From NCBI GenBank assembly GCA_017427165.1, contig JAFRTK010000118.1, positions 19,903-83,902 on the forward strand: a stretch of 64,000 nucleotides of DNA, read 5' to 3'. Source of the DNA: Clostridia bacterium. GTDB lineage: Bacteria > Bacillota > Clostridia > Christensenellales > Aristaeellaceae. Positions 30,521-40,919 of the stretch are shown here, piece after piece. The position numbers and the translations under genes are program-made. The notes beneath the pieces were generated by a model. That model did not search any database. It had not been told where the DNA came from and saw nothing but the letters and a program-made list of their open reading frames with translations. Position 1 is the stretch's first letter, and each line of letters opens with the position of its first letter.

Positions 30521-31441
30521 ATGAATGTATTGCAGGGCGCTCTTTTGGGGCTGATTCAGGGGCTGGGGGAATTCCTTCCCATTTCTTCCAGCGGGCATCT
30601 TCTGCTGGCGCAGAAGCTGTTCGGTCTCAACGGATCCGATGCGGCAATGAAGATGCTGGATATACTTCTGCATGTCGGAACACTGATTCCGGTTCTCCTG
30701 GTTTTCTGGCGTGAATGGATTGATATGATTGCCCATCCTGTCCGCAACAAAACATTGCTGAAACTGATTACCGCTTCAGTGCCGACACTGGTGATTTACA
30801 TAATCGCCAGGAAGGTCCTGGTTGTATCCGATGAAATCCGCGGCTTCTCTGTTTTCGACAGCGGCTGGTTCCTGGGCGTTTCATTCCTGGTGACTGCAGT
30901 ATTTCTGCTCCTGTGTGACCGTTTTGCCGCATCCCGGCGCTCCGCATCTTCCCGCACGGAAGTCTCCTTCCTGCAGGCGGTTATAATGGGTATTTTCCAG
31001 GGCGCGGGGCTGCTTCCCGGAGTATCCCGCAGCGGATCCACCATTTTCGGCGGTGTGGCTTCAGGGATGAATAAGGATAAAGCCGCCCGCTTCTCTTTCA
31101 TGATGAGTGCCCCTGCGATCCTTGGCTCTCTCCTGATGGAGGGAAAAGACGCTATTGAGGAAGGCTATATCCGGGATATTGATCTTTTTCCGTCGATTGT
31201 CGGAATTGCGGTGGCGGCTGTCACCGGTTTCGCTGCCCTTCGTTTTATGCTGAAAATGATCAGCAAAGTCCCGCTCAGCTGGTTTGCGCTGTATGTTGCG
31301 CTTCTGGGTATTGCCTGGCTGCTGCTCCAGCTTGCCGGATCTCCCCTTGTTCCCGCTTTTGCCCTCCCCGCTGCAGTCCCCGCCGCGGCCCCTGCCGAGG
31401 TCGAAAATGCAGTCGGTTTCCTGCGGGTAATGCTCGCGTAA
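30521..31441 (+). CDS. uppP: Undecaprenyl-diphosphate phosphatase
   Basis: QGLGEFLPISSSGH, PGVSRSGST, AARFSF. Confidence 0.95.
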   Translation: MNVLQGALLGLIQGLGEFLPISSSGHLLLAQKLFGLNGSDAAMKMLDILLHVGTLIPVLLVFWREWIDMIAHPVRNKTLLKLITASVPTLVIYIIARKVLVVSDEIRGFSVFDSGWFLGVSFLVTAVFLLLCDRFAASRRSASSRTEVSFLQAVIMGIFQGAGLLPGVSRSGSTIFGGVASGMNKDKAARFSFMMSAPAILGSLLMEGKDAIEEGYIRDIDLFPSIVGIAVAAVTGFAALRFMLKMISKVPLSWFALYVALLGIAWLLLQLAGSPLVPAFALPAAVPAAAPAEVENAVGFLRVMLA

Positions 31442-31480
31442 CAGCCCGCATAATCATGTTCAGTGAAAGGAGTGAGCCGC

Positions 31481-32941
31481 ATGAAAAAGTGGATATGCCT
31501 GCTGATGTCGCTCCTTTTGCTGTTTTCCTTTTTTCTCCTGCCGGTGTCGGCGGAAAGTACAGACACAATTCCGGAGCCCACTTTGTCCCCGGAAGCTGAG
31601 AAATACGACGAAAACCATCCTGAACGCCTCGTCCAGAACCAGCTGTACGCGCTGTCTGCCATATTGATCGCGGAAGACACCGGAGAAGTGATATTTGAAA
31701 AGGATCCGGATGAAAGACGTTATCCGGCATCGGTAACAAAAATCCTTACGGTTCTCCTCGGAGTTACGTACGTTGAGGATCTGAACCAGAAGGTAATTGT
31801 TTCCGAACGTGCAGTGAATGTTCCGTCGGACTCCTCCACAATGCACCTGCAGGCCGGTGAGGAAATCCCTTTTATCGATGTACTGTACGGCACAATGCTT
31901 GTTTCGGGAAACGACGGCGCGAATGTGATTGCAGAAACAGTGTCCGGTTCCATTGAAAACTTTGTTTCCCTGATGAATCAGTGGGCGGATGCTTATGGGT
32001 GTAACGATACGCATTTTGCAAATCCGCATGGCTACCACGATCCGGACCATTATTCCACCGCCCGCGACCTGGCAACTATCGCGCGTTTTGCGATGAAGAA
32101 CGATACATTCCGTAAAATCGCTTCAACAACATCCTACAATATCGCCAGGACAAACAAGCAGCGGGCCAGGACCATCACCACCAAATCCTCCTATATGCTC
32201 GAAGGCTCCGCTGAAAACCCGAACAAGTATTTTTTCCCCTATGCAACGGGAATCAAAACCGGCTCCCATTCCATGTCCGGATACTGTTTCGCCGGTGCCG
32301 CAGAAAAGGAAGGGGTACGTCTCGTTTCTGTTGTAATGTTTACAGGAAACAGGGCCCGCTGGGCGGATACGATCAAACTGATGAACTATGGGTTCAGCCA
32401 GTATGTCAGCCTGTCGCCCCGCCAGATTTATGAGATGCATCCGATTGTCCTTGAAACCAGCAATTACTCCACCCATGACAAAGACCGCGGAAAGCTTCTC
32501 CTTACATGTGTCCCGGTGGACAGGTCTGACAGCACAAGGATTACAACCACCAAGGCAAAAGCGGATCAGATGTCATCCAATATACGCGAGGCCTTCGATA
32601 TCCAGATTACACGCGATGACCTGATCTGTCCGATCCGTGCCGGCGAGGAGATCGGTACGATGACCTATTATCCGGATCATGGGGATCCGGTCGTCTATTC
32701 ACTGCTTGCGGAGCGTACGATTGAACGGCGTGACAATGCCCCCAAATCCCTGGAGGAGATCATCCTGGAAGCATATAACGATCCGAATCCGCTTCCCAGG
32801 TTCTCCTTTTCGCTTTTCATGTTCTTCTTTTCACCGCTGCTGGTCGTCCTGATCCTGGCCGGAATCCTCATAATGATCCGGCGCAGGCGCCGCGCCAACC
32901 GGATGCGTGTCCCGAAGCCTGCAGGCCGGTATGTAAAATAA
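31481..32941 (+). CDS. D-alanyl-D-alanine carboxypeptidase (peptidase S11) with signal peptide and C-terminal TM anchor
   Basis: SxxK (ASVTK), SGN and KTG motifs. Confidence 0.92.
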   Translation: MKKWICLLMSLLLLFSFFLLPVSAESTDTIPEPTLSPEAEKYDENHPERLVQNQLYALSAILIAEDTGEVIFEKDPDERRYPASVTKILTVLLGVTYVEDLNQKVIVSERAVNVPSDSSTMHLQAGEEIPFIDVLYGTMLVSGNDGANVIAETVSGSIENFVSLMNQWADAYGCNDTHFANPHGYHDPDHYSTARDLATIARFAMKNDTFRKIASTTSYNIARTNKQRARTITTKSSYMLEGSAENPNKYFFPYATGIKTGSHSMSGYCFAGAAEKEGVRLVSVVMFTGNRARWADTIKLMNYGFSQYVSLSPRQIYEMHPIVLETSNYSTHDKDRGKLLLTCVPVDRSDSTRITTTKAKADQMSSNIREAFDIQITRDDLICPIRAGEEIGTMTYYPDHGDPVVYSLLAERTIERRDNAPKSLEEIILEAYNDPNPLPRFSFSLFMFFFSPLLVVLILAGILIMIRRRRRANRMRVPKPAGRYVK

Positions 32942-32963
32942 GCCCTTTCGGGCTTATTTTTTT
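32935..32963 (+). terminator. Intrinsic terminator
   Basis: AAAATAAGCCC-TTTC-GGGCTTATTTT plus T-tract. Confidence 0.8.
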
Positions 32964-33098
32964 ATTTTCCTTGTACGGTTTTCAGCATACTTTCCGGTAG
33001 CAATCCGCCGTTTTATATGGTATAATTTGTAATGTTAGACATATAATGGTTTTCATTTCATCCGGCATGGTTAAAATCCGATATATGGAGGGTTATAT

Positions 33099-34688
33099 AT
33101 GAGCAGGCAAATAATCGAAAACGGTTCTGCGGTCCTGGGTATTGAGTTTGGCTCCACGCGCATCAAGTCGGTTCTCATCGGACCGGATCATTCAGTGATT
33201 GCTTCCGGAAGCCATGAATGGGAAAACGATTTTGTAAACGGTATTTGGACATACAGTGAGGATGCCATCCTGAACGGCCTTCGTGCCTGCTACGCTGATC
33301 TGAAACGGGATGTTAAGGAAAAATACGGGGTTGTTCCCTGCAGGCTTTCCGCAATCGGTATCAGTGCAATGATGCATGGTTATCTTCCCTTTGACGCGGA
33401 TATGAATCTGCTTGTTCCTTTCCGCACCTGGCGGAATACGATTACGGGCGAAGCTGCTGAAAAGCTTACCGAGGCATTTTCCTTCAACATGCCGCAGCGC
33501 TGGAGCCTTTCCCATCTCTACCAGGCAATCCTCAACAATGAGCCCCATGTGCCTTCCATTCGTTTCTTCACAACACTGGCCGGATGGGTCCATTTCCTTC
33601 TTACCGGACAGAAGGTCCTCGGTGTCGGTGATGCCAGCGGTATGATGCCGATTGACAGCAGCACATGCGATTTTGACCGGAACATGGTCCGTATTTTTGA
33701 TGAACTGATTGCCGGGCGCGGCTTCCCCTGGAAACTGGAGGATATCCTTCCCCGTTCCATTCCGGCTGGTGAAGATGCCGGCACTCTGACCGCCGCCGGT
33801 GCGCTGCTGCTTGATGCTGAAGGCGACCTTCAGCCGGGCTGCCCGCTCTGCCCGCCGGAAGGCGATGCCGGTACCGGTATGGCCGCAACCAACAGTGTCC
33901 GTGCGAAAACCGGTAATGTCAGCGCGGGTACTTCCATTTTTTCCATGATCGTTCTGGAGAAACCGCTGTCTTCCGTTTATCCGGAAATTGACGTGGTAAC
34001 CACCCCCACCGGCAAACAGGTCGGTATGGTCCACTGCAACTCCTGCACATCGGATATCAATGCCTGGGTTTCCCTGTTCCGTGAATTTGCGGACCTGATG
34101 GGATTTGCAACCGATGCCGGGGATGTTTATACCCGCCTGTTCCGGAAAGCCATGGAAGGAGCACCGGACTGCGGCGGTATTGTCAGCTTCAACTATTTTG
34201 CCGGGGAACCGGTTACCGGTCTGTCCGAAGGCCGTCCCATGCTGATTCGTACGCCGGACGCCAAAATGTCCATTGCGAACTTCATGCGTGCCCAGATTTA
34301 CGCAAGCATGGAAACACTCAAGGCTGGAATGGAGATTATGGGCCGTGAGAAAGTGGCAATCGACCAAGTTTACGGTCACGGCGGTCTTTTCAAGACTGAA
34401 GGAGTCGCGCAGAACCTGCTTGCGGCAGCCATTCACGCTCCGGTCACTGTAATGGAAACAGCCGGCGAGGGCGGCGCCTGGGGCATTGCTCTTCTGGCCG
34501 CCTATGCTGTCTGCCGGGAGAATGGAGAAACCCTTGAGGATTATCTTGACCGCCGCGTATTTGCCGGTATGAAACAGCTCACAGTCCGTCCCGATCCGGT
34601 CGATGAAGCCGGCTTCGATGCCTACATGAATAATTTCCTTGCCTGTATACCCGCCCAGAAAGCCGCGGTGGAAGGGCTCAAAATCTGA
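33099..34688 (+). CDS. FGGY family pentulose kinase (L-ribulokinase/xylulokinase-like)
   Basis: GIEFGSTRIK, ISAMMHGY, PFRTWRN, EGDAGTG, GHGGLFKT, GEGGAWG. Confidence 0.88.
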   Translation: MSRQIIENGSAVLGIEFGSTRIKSVLIGPDHSVIASGSHEWENDFVNGIWTYSEDAILNGLRACYADLKRDVKEKYGVVPCRLSAIGISAMMHGYLPFDADMNLLVPFRTWRNTITGEAAEKLTEAFSFNMPQRWSLSHLYQAILNNEPHVPSIRFFTTLAGWVHFLLTGQKVLGVGDASGMMPIDSSTCDFDRNMVRIFDELIAGRGFPWKLEDILPRSIPAGEDAGTLTAAGALLLDAEGDLQPGCPLCPPEGDAGTGMAATNSVRAKTGNVSAGTSIFSMIVLEKPLSSVYPEIDVVTTPTGKQVGMVHCNSCTSDINAWVSLFREFADLMGFATDAGDVYTRLFRKAMEGAPDCGGIVSFNYFAGEPVTGLSEGRPMLIRTPDAKMSIANFMRAQIYASMETLKAGMEIMGREKVAIDQVYGHGGLFKTEGVAQNLLAAAIHAPVTVMETAGEGGAWGIALLAAYAVCRENGETLEDYLDRRVFAGMKQLTVRPDPVDEAGFDAYMNNFLACIPAQKAAVEGLKI

Positions 34689-34706
34689 TTTCAGGCAGGT
34701 GGTATT

Positions 34707-35513
34707 TTGAAAGCTGCGGCTTTTGACCTGGATGATACGCTCCTTCGTGATGATCTGTCCATTTCCCCGTATACGCTTGATGTTTTCCGCCGCCTCGCTG
34801 AAAAAGGTTTTTTCTTCATTGCGGACAGCGGCCGGACGAAAGTCAGCATGAAGCCTCATGTGGAAAAACTCGGCTGTGTTTCCCTGTATATTGCCTGCAA
34901 CGGCGGCGAGATTTATGACGGTGCCACGCATGAGCTGCTTCACGCAGAAAATTACAGTATGGAAATGGCCCATGAAATTGTGGATTTCGGTGCGGAATAC
35001 AACGCATATGCCCAGGCATATGACGGTGAACACTTTTATTTCAACCAGTATTCCGTTTATTCAGAGCGTTATGCCAGAACTTCCAGCCTTTCCGGTATCT
35101 ATGTCGGGGACCTGAGAAAGTTCATCCGGGAACCCCGCAACAAAATCCTGATGATGGCGGAACCTGATCAGATTGCCGAAATGCTGGCTGAAGCCCGCCG
35201 GCGTTTTGCCGGCCGCGTTTCCATTACTTGCTCCAAGCCCTGGCTGCTGGAATTCAATCCCATCCGTGCGACCAAGGGGATCGCACTGGAATTCGCCGCG
35301 AAACACCTTGGCATTACCGTAGAGGATATCATCGCATTCGGCGACAGCCTGAACGATGTGCCGATGTTTGAAACCGCAGGCCGTTCCGTGGCGGTCGCCA
35401 ATGCGTGGAAAGATGTCCGGCCCCTGTGCGATGAAGTATGCCGCAGCAACAATGAGGACGGGGTCGCCCGCTACCTTGCGGAGCATTTCCTTTCCGGGGA
35501 GGCTTTATCATGA
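34707..35513 (+). CDS. Cof-type HAD-IIB hydrolase
   Basis: DLDDTLL, SGR, KG, FGDSLND; TTG start. Confidence 0.92.
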   Translation: MKAAAFDLDDTLLRDDLSISPYTLDVFRRLAEKGFFFIADSGRTKVSMKPHVEKLGCVSLYIACNGGEIYDGATHELLHAENYSMEMAHEIVDFGAEYNAYAQAYDGEHFYFNQYSVYSERYARTSSLSGIYVGDLRKFIREPRNKILMMAEPDQIAEMLAEARRRFAGRVSITCSKPWLLEFNPIRATKGIALEFAAKHLGITVEDIIAFGDSLNDVPMFETAGRSVAVANAWKDVRPLCDEVCRSNNEDGVARYLAEHFLSGEALS

Positions 35514-36415
35514 TTCATGCCCGTGATTTCCAGCAGGCGCTGGGCCTGGAATGCCTTGTGTCTTCACCATATGATACCTGGGATATCCTGTCTCCGGAGC
35601 TGAACCGCCCCGGCATGCAGTTCTGCGGCTTTTATGAATTCTTTGCGTTTGAGCGGCCCCAGGTGATCGGAAAAGTAGAAATGGCATACCTGGATAAGCG
35701 GACTCCCGAAGAACGCCGCGAACTGCTCGATCGTTTTTTCTCCTACCGTATCCCCTGTGTCATCATATGCCGTGGAATGACCCCGCCTCCGGAATTGCTC
35801 GAAGCTGCCGAGCGGAAACAGGTCTTTCTCTTTGCCACCAAACAGGTCACCACGAAATTTACGGTTTCCGCCATTCATTACCTCAACCGCTGTCTGGCTC
35901 CGCATATTACCCGCCACGGTGTGCTGCTGGATGTTTACGGAGTCGGGGTCATGCTTTCAGGCAAAAGCGGAGTTGGCAAAAGTGAAGCTGCTCTGGAACT
36001 GGTCAAGCGCGGCCATATGCTTGTGGCGGATGATGTGGTGGATATCTGCCGCATCTCGGATGACCGTCTCATCGGTTCATGCCCGGAAAAAGTGCGTCAC
36101 CTGATGGAGATCCGCGGTATCGGAGTGATCGATATCCGTGCGATGTTCGGTATCGGTGCGGTTGCGGTCAGCAAGACCATTGACCTGATCCTTGAGCTGG
36201 AAGTATGGGACGATGAAAAGGAATATGACCGGATCGGTCTGGAGGAAGAAACCGTGGACATTCTCGGTGTTCCGGTTCCCTGCCAGACAATTCCGATTAA
36301 ACCCGGCCGCAATCTGGCCATCATTGTGGAAGCGGCTGCGCGGAATCTGAGCCTGAAACGTTCCGGTCACAGTGCGATCCAGGAACTCACCAGCATGGCT
36401 TTCCCCGAAGCCTGA
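35510..36415 (+). CDS. hprK: HPr(Ser) kinase/phosphorylase
   Basis: HGVLLDVYG, GKSGVGKSE, LVADD, EIRGIG, PGRNLA. Confidence 0.97.
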   Translation: MIHARDFQQALGLECLVSSPYDTWDILSPELNRPGMQFCGFYEFFAFERPQVIGKVEMAYLDKRTPEERRELLDRFFSYRIPCVIICRGMTPPPELLEAAERKQVFLFATKQVTTKFTVSAIHYLNRCLAPHITRHGVLLDVYGVGVMLSGKSGVGKSEAALELVKRGHMLVADDVVDICRISDDRLIGSCPEKVRHLMEIRGIGVIDIRAMFGIGAVAVSKTIDLILELEVWDDEKEYDRIGLEEETVDILGVPVPCQTIPIKPGRNLAIIVEAAARNLSLKRSGHSAIQELTSMAFPEA

Positions 36416-36438
36416 AAATATTATACGGAGGGATTTTC

Positions 36439-37380
36439 ATGATTCGAGTAGGTATTGATATCGGCGGAACCGGCATTAAGGTCGGCCTTGTGGATGAAAA
36501 TCTGCAGCTGATTGGAGAAGGCACTATTCCGACCCGGACGGATATTCCGTTTGAAGAACAGGTTAAAGCGATCGCCCGTTGCGTTACCGAAACCGCTGCG
36601 GCCGCCGGCTACCGTCGGAAGGAAGATATCGCCAGTGTCGGTGTCGGTATTCCCGGCATCGCGAACGCCGATGGCGAAGTGATCAAGTGTACCAATATGG
36701 GCTGGTTCCATATGCCTTTTCGCGAAGTTTTCCGGAAATACCTGGATGTGCCGGTCTTCATCGACAATGACGCCAATGTCGCAGCGCTGGCGGAAAGCGT
36801 TGCCGGTGTCAGCGCCGGTACTTCATCCAGCGTGTTCATTACAATCGGCACGGGGATCGGAAGCGGTATCATTATCAACGGCAGGATATGGAACGGCTTT
36901 CATGGCATCGGCGGTGAACTGGGCCATGTGATCCTGGATCTGGATGGTGTTCCCTGCACATGCGGCAACCGCGGCTGTCTGGAACGCTACTGCTCTGCCA
37001 CAGCGCTGATTCGCATGGGTCGGGAAGCCGTCAGGGACAATCCTGAATCTCTCATCCTGCGGTCCGCGGGCGGTGATCCTTCCGGTATTGAAGCGCGTAC
37101 AGTCATTGATGCTGCCCGCGAAGGCGATCCGGTCGCGGTGCGTGTTTACGGTGAATATATATCCTACCTGGCCCAGGCAGTCGCCAGCGTCGTCAACCTG
37201 CTGGATCCTGAAGTTGTGGTGATTGGAGGCGGCGTTAGCAAAGCCGGGGATTTCCTGATGGAGCCGCTTCGGAAAGAATATCCCAGATACGTCATTTTCA
37301 ATGACCAGCCCATGCCTGAAATCAAGTTGGCCGTACTCGGTTCCCGTGCCGGAGTGATCGGCGCGGCCATGCTGTCCTGA
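36439..37380 (+). CDS. ROK family sugar kinase (glucokinase-like)
   Basis: GIDIGGT, NDANVAALAE, GELGH, CTCGNRGCLE; no N-terminal HTH. Confidence 0.92.
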   Translation: MIRVGIDIGGTGIKVGLVDENLQLIGEGTIPTRTDIPFEEQVKAIARCVTETAAAAGYRRKEDIASVGVGIPGIANADGEVIKCTNMGWFHMPFREVFRKYLDVPVFIDNDANVAALAESVAGVSAGTSSSVFITIGTGIGSGIIINGRIWNGFHGIGGELGHVILDLDGVPCTCGNRGCLERYCSATALIRMGREAVRDNPESLILRSAGGDPSGIEARTVIDAAREGDPVAVRVYGEYISYLAQAVASVVNLLDPEVVVIGGGVSKAGDFLMEPLRKEYPRYVIFNDQPMPEIKLAVLGSRAGVIGAAMLS

Positions 37381-37447
37381 TTTCGCTCAGCTGTTTTCCC
37401 TTTTTTTACTGATCCGGCAACTGAACACAGAGAGGAGTGTAGACTTG

Positions 37448-38887
37448 ATGTCTGATTTCATCTTCAGCATTCGGCGGGATGGTTCCGCACAGCTGGATGA
37501 GTTTACAGGCACCAGCCCTGATGTTAGGATTCCTTCATCGCACGATGGGCATCCCGTCACAGCAATCGCGGATAACGCGTTTTCCTGGCAGGGTTCCATT
37601 CGTTCTGTTTCCATTCCGGATTCAGTAACCACCCTGGGAGAAGCCGCCTTCTCATGGTGTGAGTCCCTGATTTCCGTGGATATCCCGGATTCAGTCAGGA
37701 CAATCGGGGAATGGTGCTTCATCGGATGCTCCGCGCTCAGGTCTGTTACCATCCCCCCGTCAGTAAAAAAAATCAACTATTCGACATTTCAGTCATGCGC
37801 TTCCCTGGTTTCTGTTTCCCTGCCGGAAAGCCTTCGTTCCATCGGCCCGGAAGCATTTTCGGAATGCCGTTCCCTGACATCGGTCACATTGCCGGACAGC
37901 GTCACATCCCTTGGGGATAATGCTTTCAGTTCCTGTGATTCTCTCCGGTCTGTCAATCTTCCGGATAAGCTCACATCGCTGGGCGTCAATGTATTCTCCG
38001 GCTGCACGTCGCTTGCCGAAATCATTGTCTCGGATAAGCATCCGGTTTTCCGTGTGGAAAAAGGGGTCCTCATCAACCGGAAGGAGCAGCGGCTGATTTT
38101 CCATCCTTTCACTTCCGGCGCCTATGCCTATCAGATTCCGGAAGGTGTCAGTATCATTTCTGAGGAAGCCTTTGCCAATCGGGTTCATCTGACGGAAATA
38201 ACCATACCGGACAGCGTTACTGTCATTGAGGAAAAAGCATTCTACGGATGCCGCGGCCTCAGGTCAGTTCGTCTTCCTTCTTCCCTTACGCGCCTTGGAA
38301 GCTATGCTTTCCATGGCTGTTCATCCCTGATTGAAATCGCCCTTCCTGACAGCCTGAGTATTCTGGAGTACTCCGTATTTTACGCCTGCTCCACACTGGT
38401 TACCGTTCGTCTTCCCGCCTCCCTGCGCATCATTTCATCCTGTGCGTTCAGCGGCTGCGGAAACCTCACGACCATCAATTTCCCGGATGGCCTGCTTGAT
38501 ATCGGTGATTCTGCCTTTGAAGGCTGCAGATCGCTGGACAGTGCCGTTCTTCCGGATTCGCTTGAAACTCTGGGCACCCATGCATTCGGGTCCTGTGATA
38601 TGCTGCAGAGTGTTTCCCTCGGAAACAGGCTGAAGGTAATCGCTCCCAGGGTCTTCTCCCGCTGCCGCAGTCTCAGCCAGGTCACAATTCCGGAGGGGCT
38701 TGTGGAAATCGGATCTGAGGCTTTTGTCAACTGCAGCAGCCTGCTTACCCTGCAGCTTCCGGATTCTTTGTCCGTCATCGCAGATGACGCTTTCGATGAA
38801 TGCCGGCACCTGACGCTCGTTGTCCGGCCGAAATCCCAGGCGAAGCAGTATGCGGAAGAGCATGATATCCTGTTCTCCGAGGTGTAA
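37448..38887 (+). CDS. BspA/TpLRR (LRR_5) leucine-rich repeat protein
   Basis: Many 23-aa repeats L.S(V/I).(I/L)PDS(V/L)..IG..AF..C; no signal peptide or anchor seen. Confidence 0.9.
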   Translation: MSDFIFSIRRDGSAQLDEFTGTSPDVRIPSSHDGHPVTAIADNAFSWQGSIRSVSIPDSVTTLGEAAFSWCESLISVDIPDSVRTIGEWCFIGCSALRSVTIPPSVKKINYSTFQSCASLVSVSLPESLRSIGPEAFSECRSLTSVTLPDSVTSLGDNAFSSCDSLRSVNLPDKLTSLGVNVFSGCTSLAEIIVSDKHPVFRVEKGVLINRKEQRLIFHPFTSGAYAYQIPEGVSIISEEAFANRVHLTEITIPDSVTVIEEKAFYGCRGLRSVRLPSSLTRLGSYAFHGCSSLIEIALPDSLSILEYSVFYACSTLVTVRLPASLRIISSCAFSGCGNLTTINFPDGLLDIGDSAFEGCRSLDSAVLPDSLETLGTHAFGSCDMLQSVSLGNRLKVIAPRVFSRCRSLSQVTIPEGLVEIGSEAFVNCSSLLTLQLPDSLSVIADDAFDECRHLTLVVRPKSQAKQYAEEHDILFSEV

Positions 38888-38925
38888 ACATTGATACATC
38901 ATGCTTATTCCGGTTTTTCGCATCT

Positions 38926-38958
38926 GAAAAGGGACTGCCTTCCGGCAGCCCCTTTTTT
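38926..38958. terminator. Bidirectional terminator
   Basis: AAAAGGGACTGCC-TTCC-GGCAGCCCCTTTTTT between convergent genes. Confidence 0.7.
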
Positions 38959-38973
38959 CATGTCTGTTTGGGT

Positions 38974-40029
38974 TTATTGCTTTGCTCCGCATTCAGGGCA
39001 GAATTTCGCGCCCGCGGCAATCGCGGCTCCGCAGCTCACACAGAAAGCGCCTGCGTTTTGTTTTGCGCCGCATTCAGGACAGAATTTTGCGCCTGCGGGA
39101 ATCGCGGCACCGCAGGATCCGCATACGGCACCTGCAGCCGGTGCGGCAGGAGCAGCGGGAGCAGCGGAGGTGTTGAGGCTCTGGGCAAACATCTGGCCCA
39201 TGGCCGCTCCGGCGCCCATTCCGACGCCCATACCGGCCATACCGCCGCCGTTTTCATTATTGGCAGCTTCCCGCATGGCTTCGGCAGCCTGGTATTTCGC
39301 ATACTGGTCCATATTGCCGAGCACGCCCATGCTGGTCCTCTTGTCCATCGCCTTTTCGACATCTTCCGGCAGGCTGATGTTTTCGATCACGAAGCTGCAC
39401 AGGGTCAGGCCCAGTTCCGCCAGCTTGGGATTGATTGCTTTCAGCGCATAGTCAGAAAGCTCTTCATAATTCGCAGCAAGGTCCAGCGCAGGAATCTTGC
39501 TCTCGGCGATGGCATCGCTCAGGCCGCTGACAAGGGTCCGCTTGATCTGTCCTTCAACACCGTCCACTGTGAACAGTGCGCTCGTACCGAATACTTCCTT
39601 CAGGAACTTTTCAGCATCATTGACCTTGAAGCTGTAAATGCCGAAAGCCCGCAGACGGATCATTCCGAATTCGGCGTCACGCATCATAACAGGATTGCTG
39701 GTGCCCCACTTCTTGTCCAGGAACTGCTTTGTGTTCACGAAGTAAACATCGGATTTGAAAGGGCTGTTGAATCCGTATTTCCAGCTCTTCAGCGCAGTCA
39801 GGATCGGCAGGTTGCTGGTGGTCAGCTCATAGCGGCCGGGCTCAAAAACATCGGCCAGCTGTCCTTCGCTCACAAAGATGGCGACCTGGCTTTCACGAAC
39901 GGTCAGCTGAGCGCCGTTCATGATTTCCTTGCCGTTCATGTCATACTTGTGGACCATGGTGTTCGCAGAACTGTCAGACCACTCAATGACGTCAATCAGT
40001 TGTCCTTTGATTTTGTCCAGAATGCCCAT
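38974..40029 (-). CDS. SPFH (band 7-like, YdjI-type) protein with C-terminal double zinc ribbons
   Basis: VIEW, LTVRESQVAIF, NLPIL, SPFKSDVYF, KWGT, RAFG, and two CxxC...AKFCPECG units. Confidence 0.88.
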   Translation of the reverse strand: MGILDKIKGQLIDVIEWSDSSANTMVHKYDMNGKEIMNGAQLTVRESQVAIFVSEGQLADVFEPGRYELTTSNLPILTALKSWKYGFNSPFKSDVYFVNTKQFLDKKWGTSNPVMMRDAEFGMIRLRAFGIYSFKVNDAEKFLKEVFGTSALFTVDGVEGQIKRTLVSGLSDAIAESKIPALDLAANYEELSDYALKAINPKLAELGLTLCSFVIENISLPEDVEKAMDKRTSMGVLGNMDQYAKYQAAEAMREAANNENGGGMAGMGVGMGAGAAMGQMFAQSLNTSAAPAAPAAPAAGAVCGSCGAAIPAGAKFCPECGAKQNAGAFCVSCGAAIAAGAKFCPECGAKQ

Positions 40030-40054
40030 CTTGTTTCCTCCCTTGTCGATATGG

Positions 40055-40876
40055 TTATTGCTTATTTTCACCCGCGTCCGTGCACAGGGCGCTCAGCGCG
40101 GGCAGGATCCTGGTTTTCTGGAGAGTCAGGTCCAGTCCGAAGTACTCCTTCAGATGGTCAATCCCTTCCTCCACATGGTTGATCAGGAGTGTACTCATAC
40201 TTTCGCCTGTCAGGACGCTGGCTCCGTGCAGCGGACAGCACAGAACCATAATCTCTCCGCTCGGATGAACCGTCGGGAGAATATGGAATCCCCGGACATC
40301 ACCGCCCAGCATCTTGCGAAGTGTTATTTCCAGGCGTTCCCGGCTGTATTCCCAGCGTTCGTCAAGATCGTCATCAATCCCGGTTTCCTTCTGGGTCAGT
40401 TCCATCAGCAGGCACGGCTGGTCAGCATCCATCCGGCTGCGCAGCAGGCGCATGTTGCGTGTAAGATCGGCGTAGTTTTTGACTTTTCCGGTCATTACCT
40501 TTCGGAAAAACTCGTGCCGGCATTCGGCCAGCATATCAGTCTCCAGGAACCGGTCATTTGAAAAGTCCGCATGCAGCCGGTTCAGGAGGGTATTCAGCTC
40601 GTTCAGGTACATCAGTACCTCTTCCCGCGTCCGTCCTGCCTGGAAAATGCTGACCGTTGGAAAATACTCCTGCAGGTATGCCAGGATACGCTCCTCCTCT
40701 TCCGGATCGACCGCAATGGCAATACCGTCAGCATGGTGCTTTGCGAGGCTGTCTTTCGCTCCTTCAAAATCATGGCGGATGTGCGGCGGTCTGAAACCGG
40801 TTCTTTCCCAGTTTCCGACCTCCTCAAATGCGTGCAGTACGTCCTCCTGATCTGAAATCAGCAGCAATTTATACAT
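40055..40876 (-). CDS. Hypothetical protein with degenerate YesN-like receiver domain and no output HTH
   Basis: MYKLLLISDQ...WERTGF...ADGIAIAV follows the YesN receiver pattern with the phospho-Asp missing. Confidence 0.6.
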   Translation of the reverse strand: MYKLLLISDQEDVLHAFEEVGNWERTGFRPPHIRHDFEGAKDSLAKHHADGIAIAVDPEEEERILAYLQEYFPTVSIFQAGRTREEVLMYLNELNTLLNRLHADFSNDRFLETDMLAECRHEFFRKVMTGKVKNYADLTRNMRLLRSRMDADQPCLLMELTQKETGIDDDLDERWEYSRERLEITLRKMLGGDVRGFHILPTVHPSGEIMVLCCPLHGASVLTGESMSTLLINHVEEGIDHLKEYFGLDLTLQKTRILPALSALCTDAGENKQ

Positions 40877-40919
40877 TTACTACCCCCATCAGCGAAAAAT
40901 GCATCTTTTCGCAGAGGTT

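Noticed and set aside
33020-33050. ATGT-TAG-ACAT mini-palindrome as an AraR/GntR operator before the pentulose kinase
   Set aside because: Too short and too far from a known consensus to support a call.
33192-35033. 613-aa minus-strand ORF opposite the FGGY kinase and HAD genes
   Set aside because: Shadow ORF with no recognisable domain.
37560-38810. Periodic roughly 69-bp pattern as a possible CRISPR or DNA repeat array
   Set aside because: It is degenerate coding periodicity from 23-aa LRR units, with no identical repeats and unique spacers.
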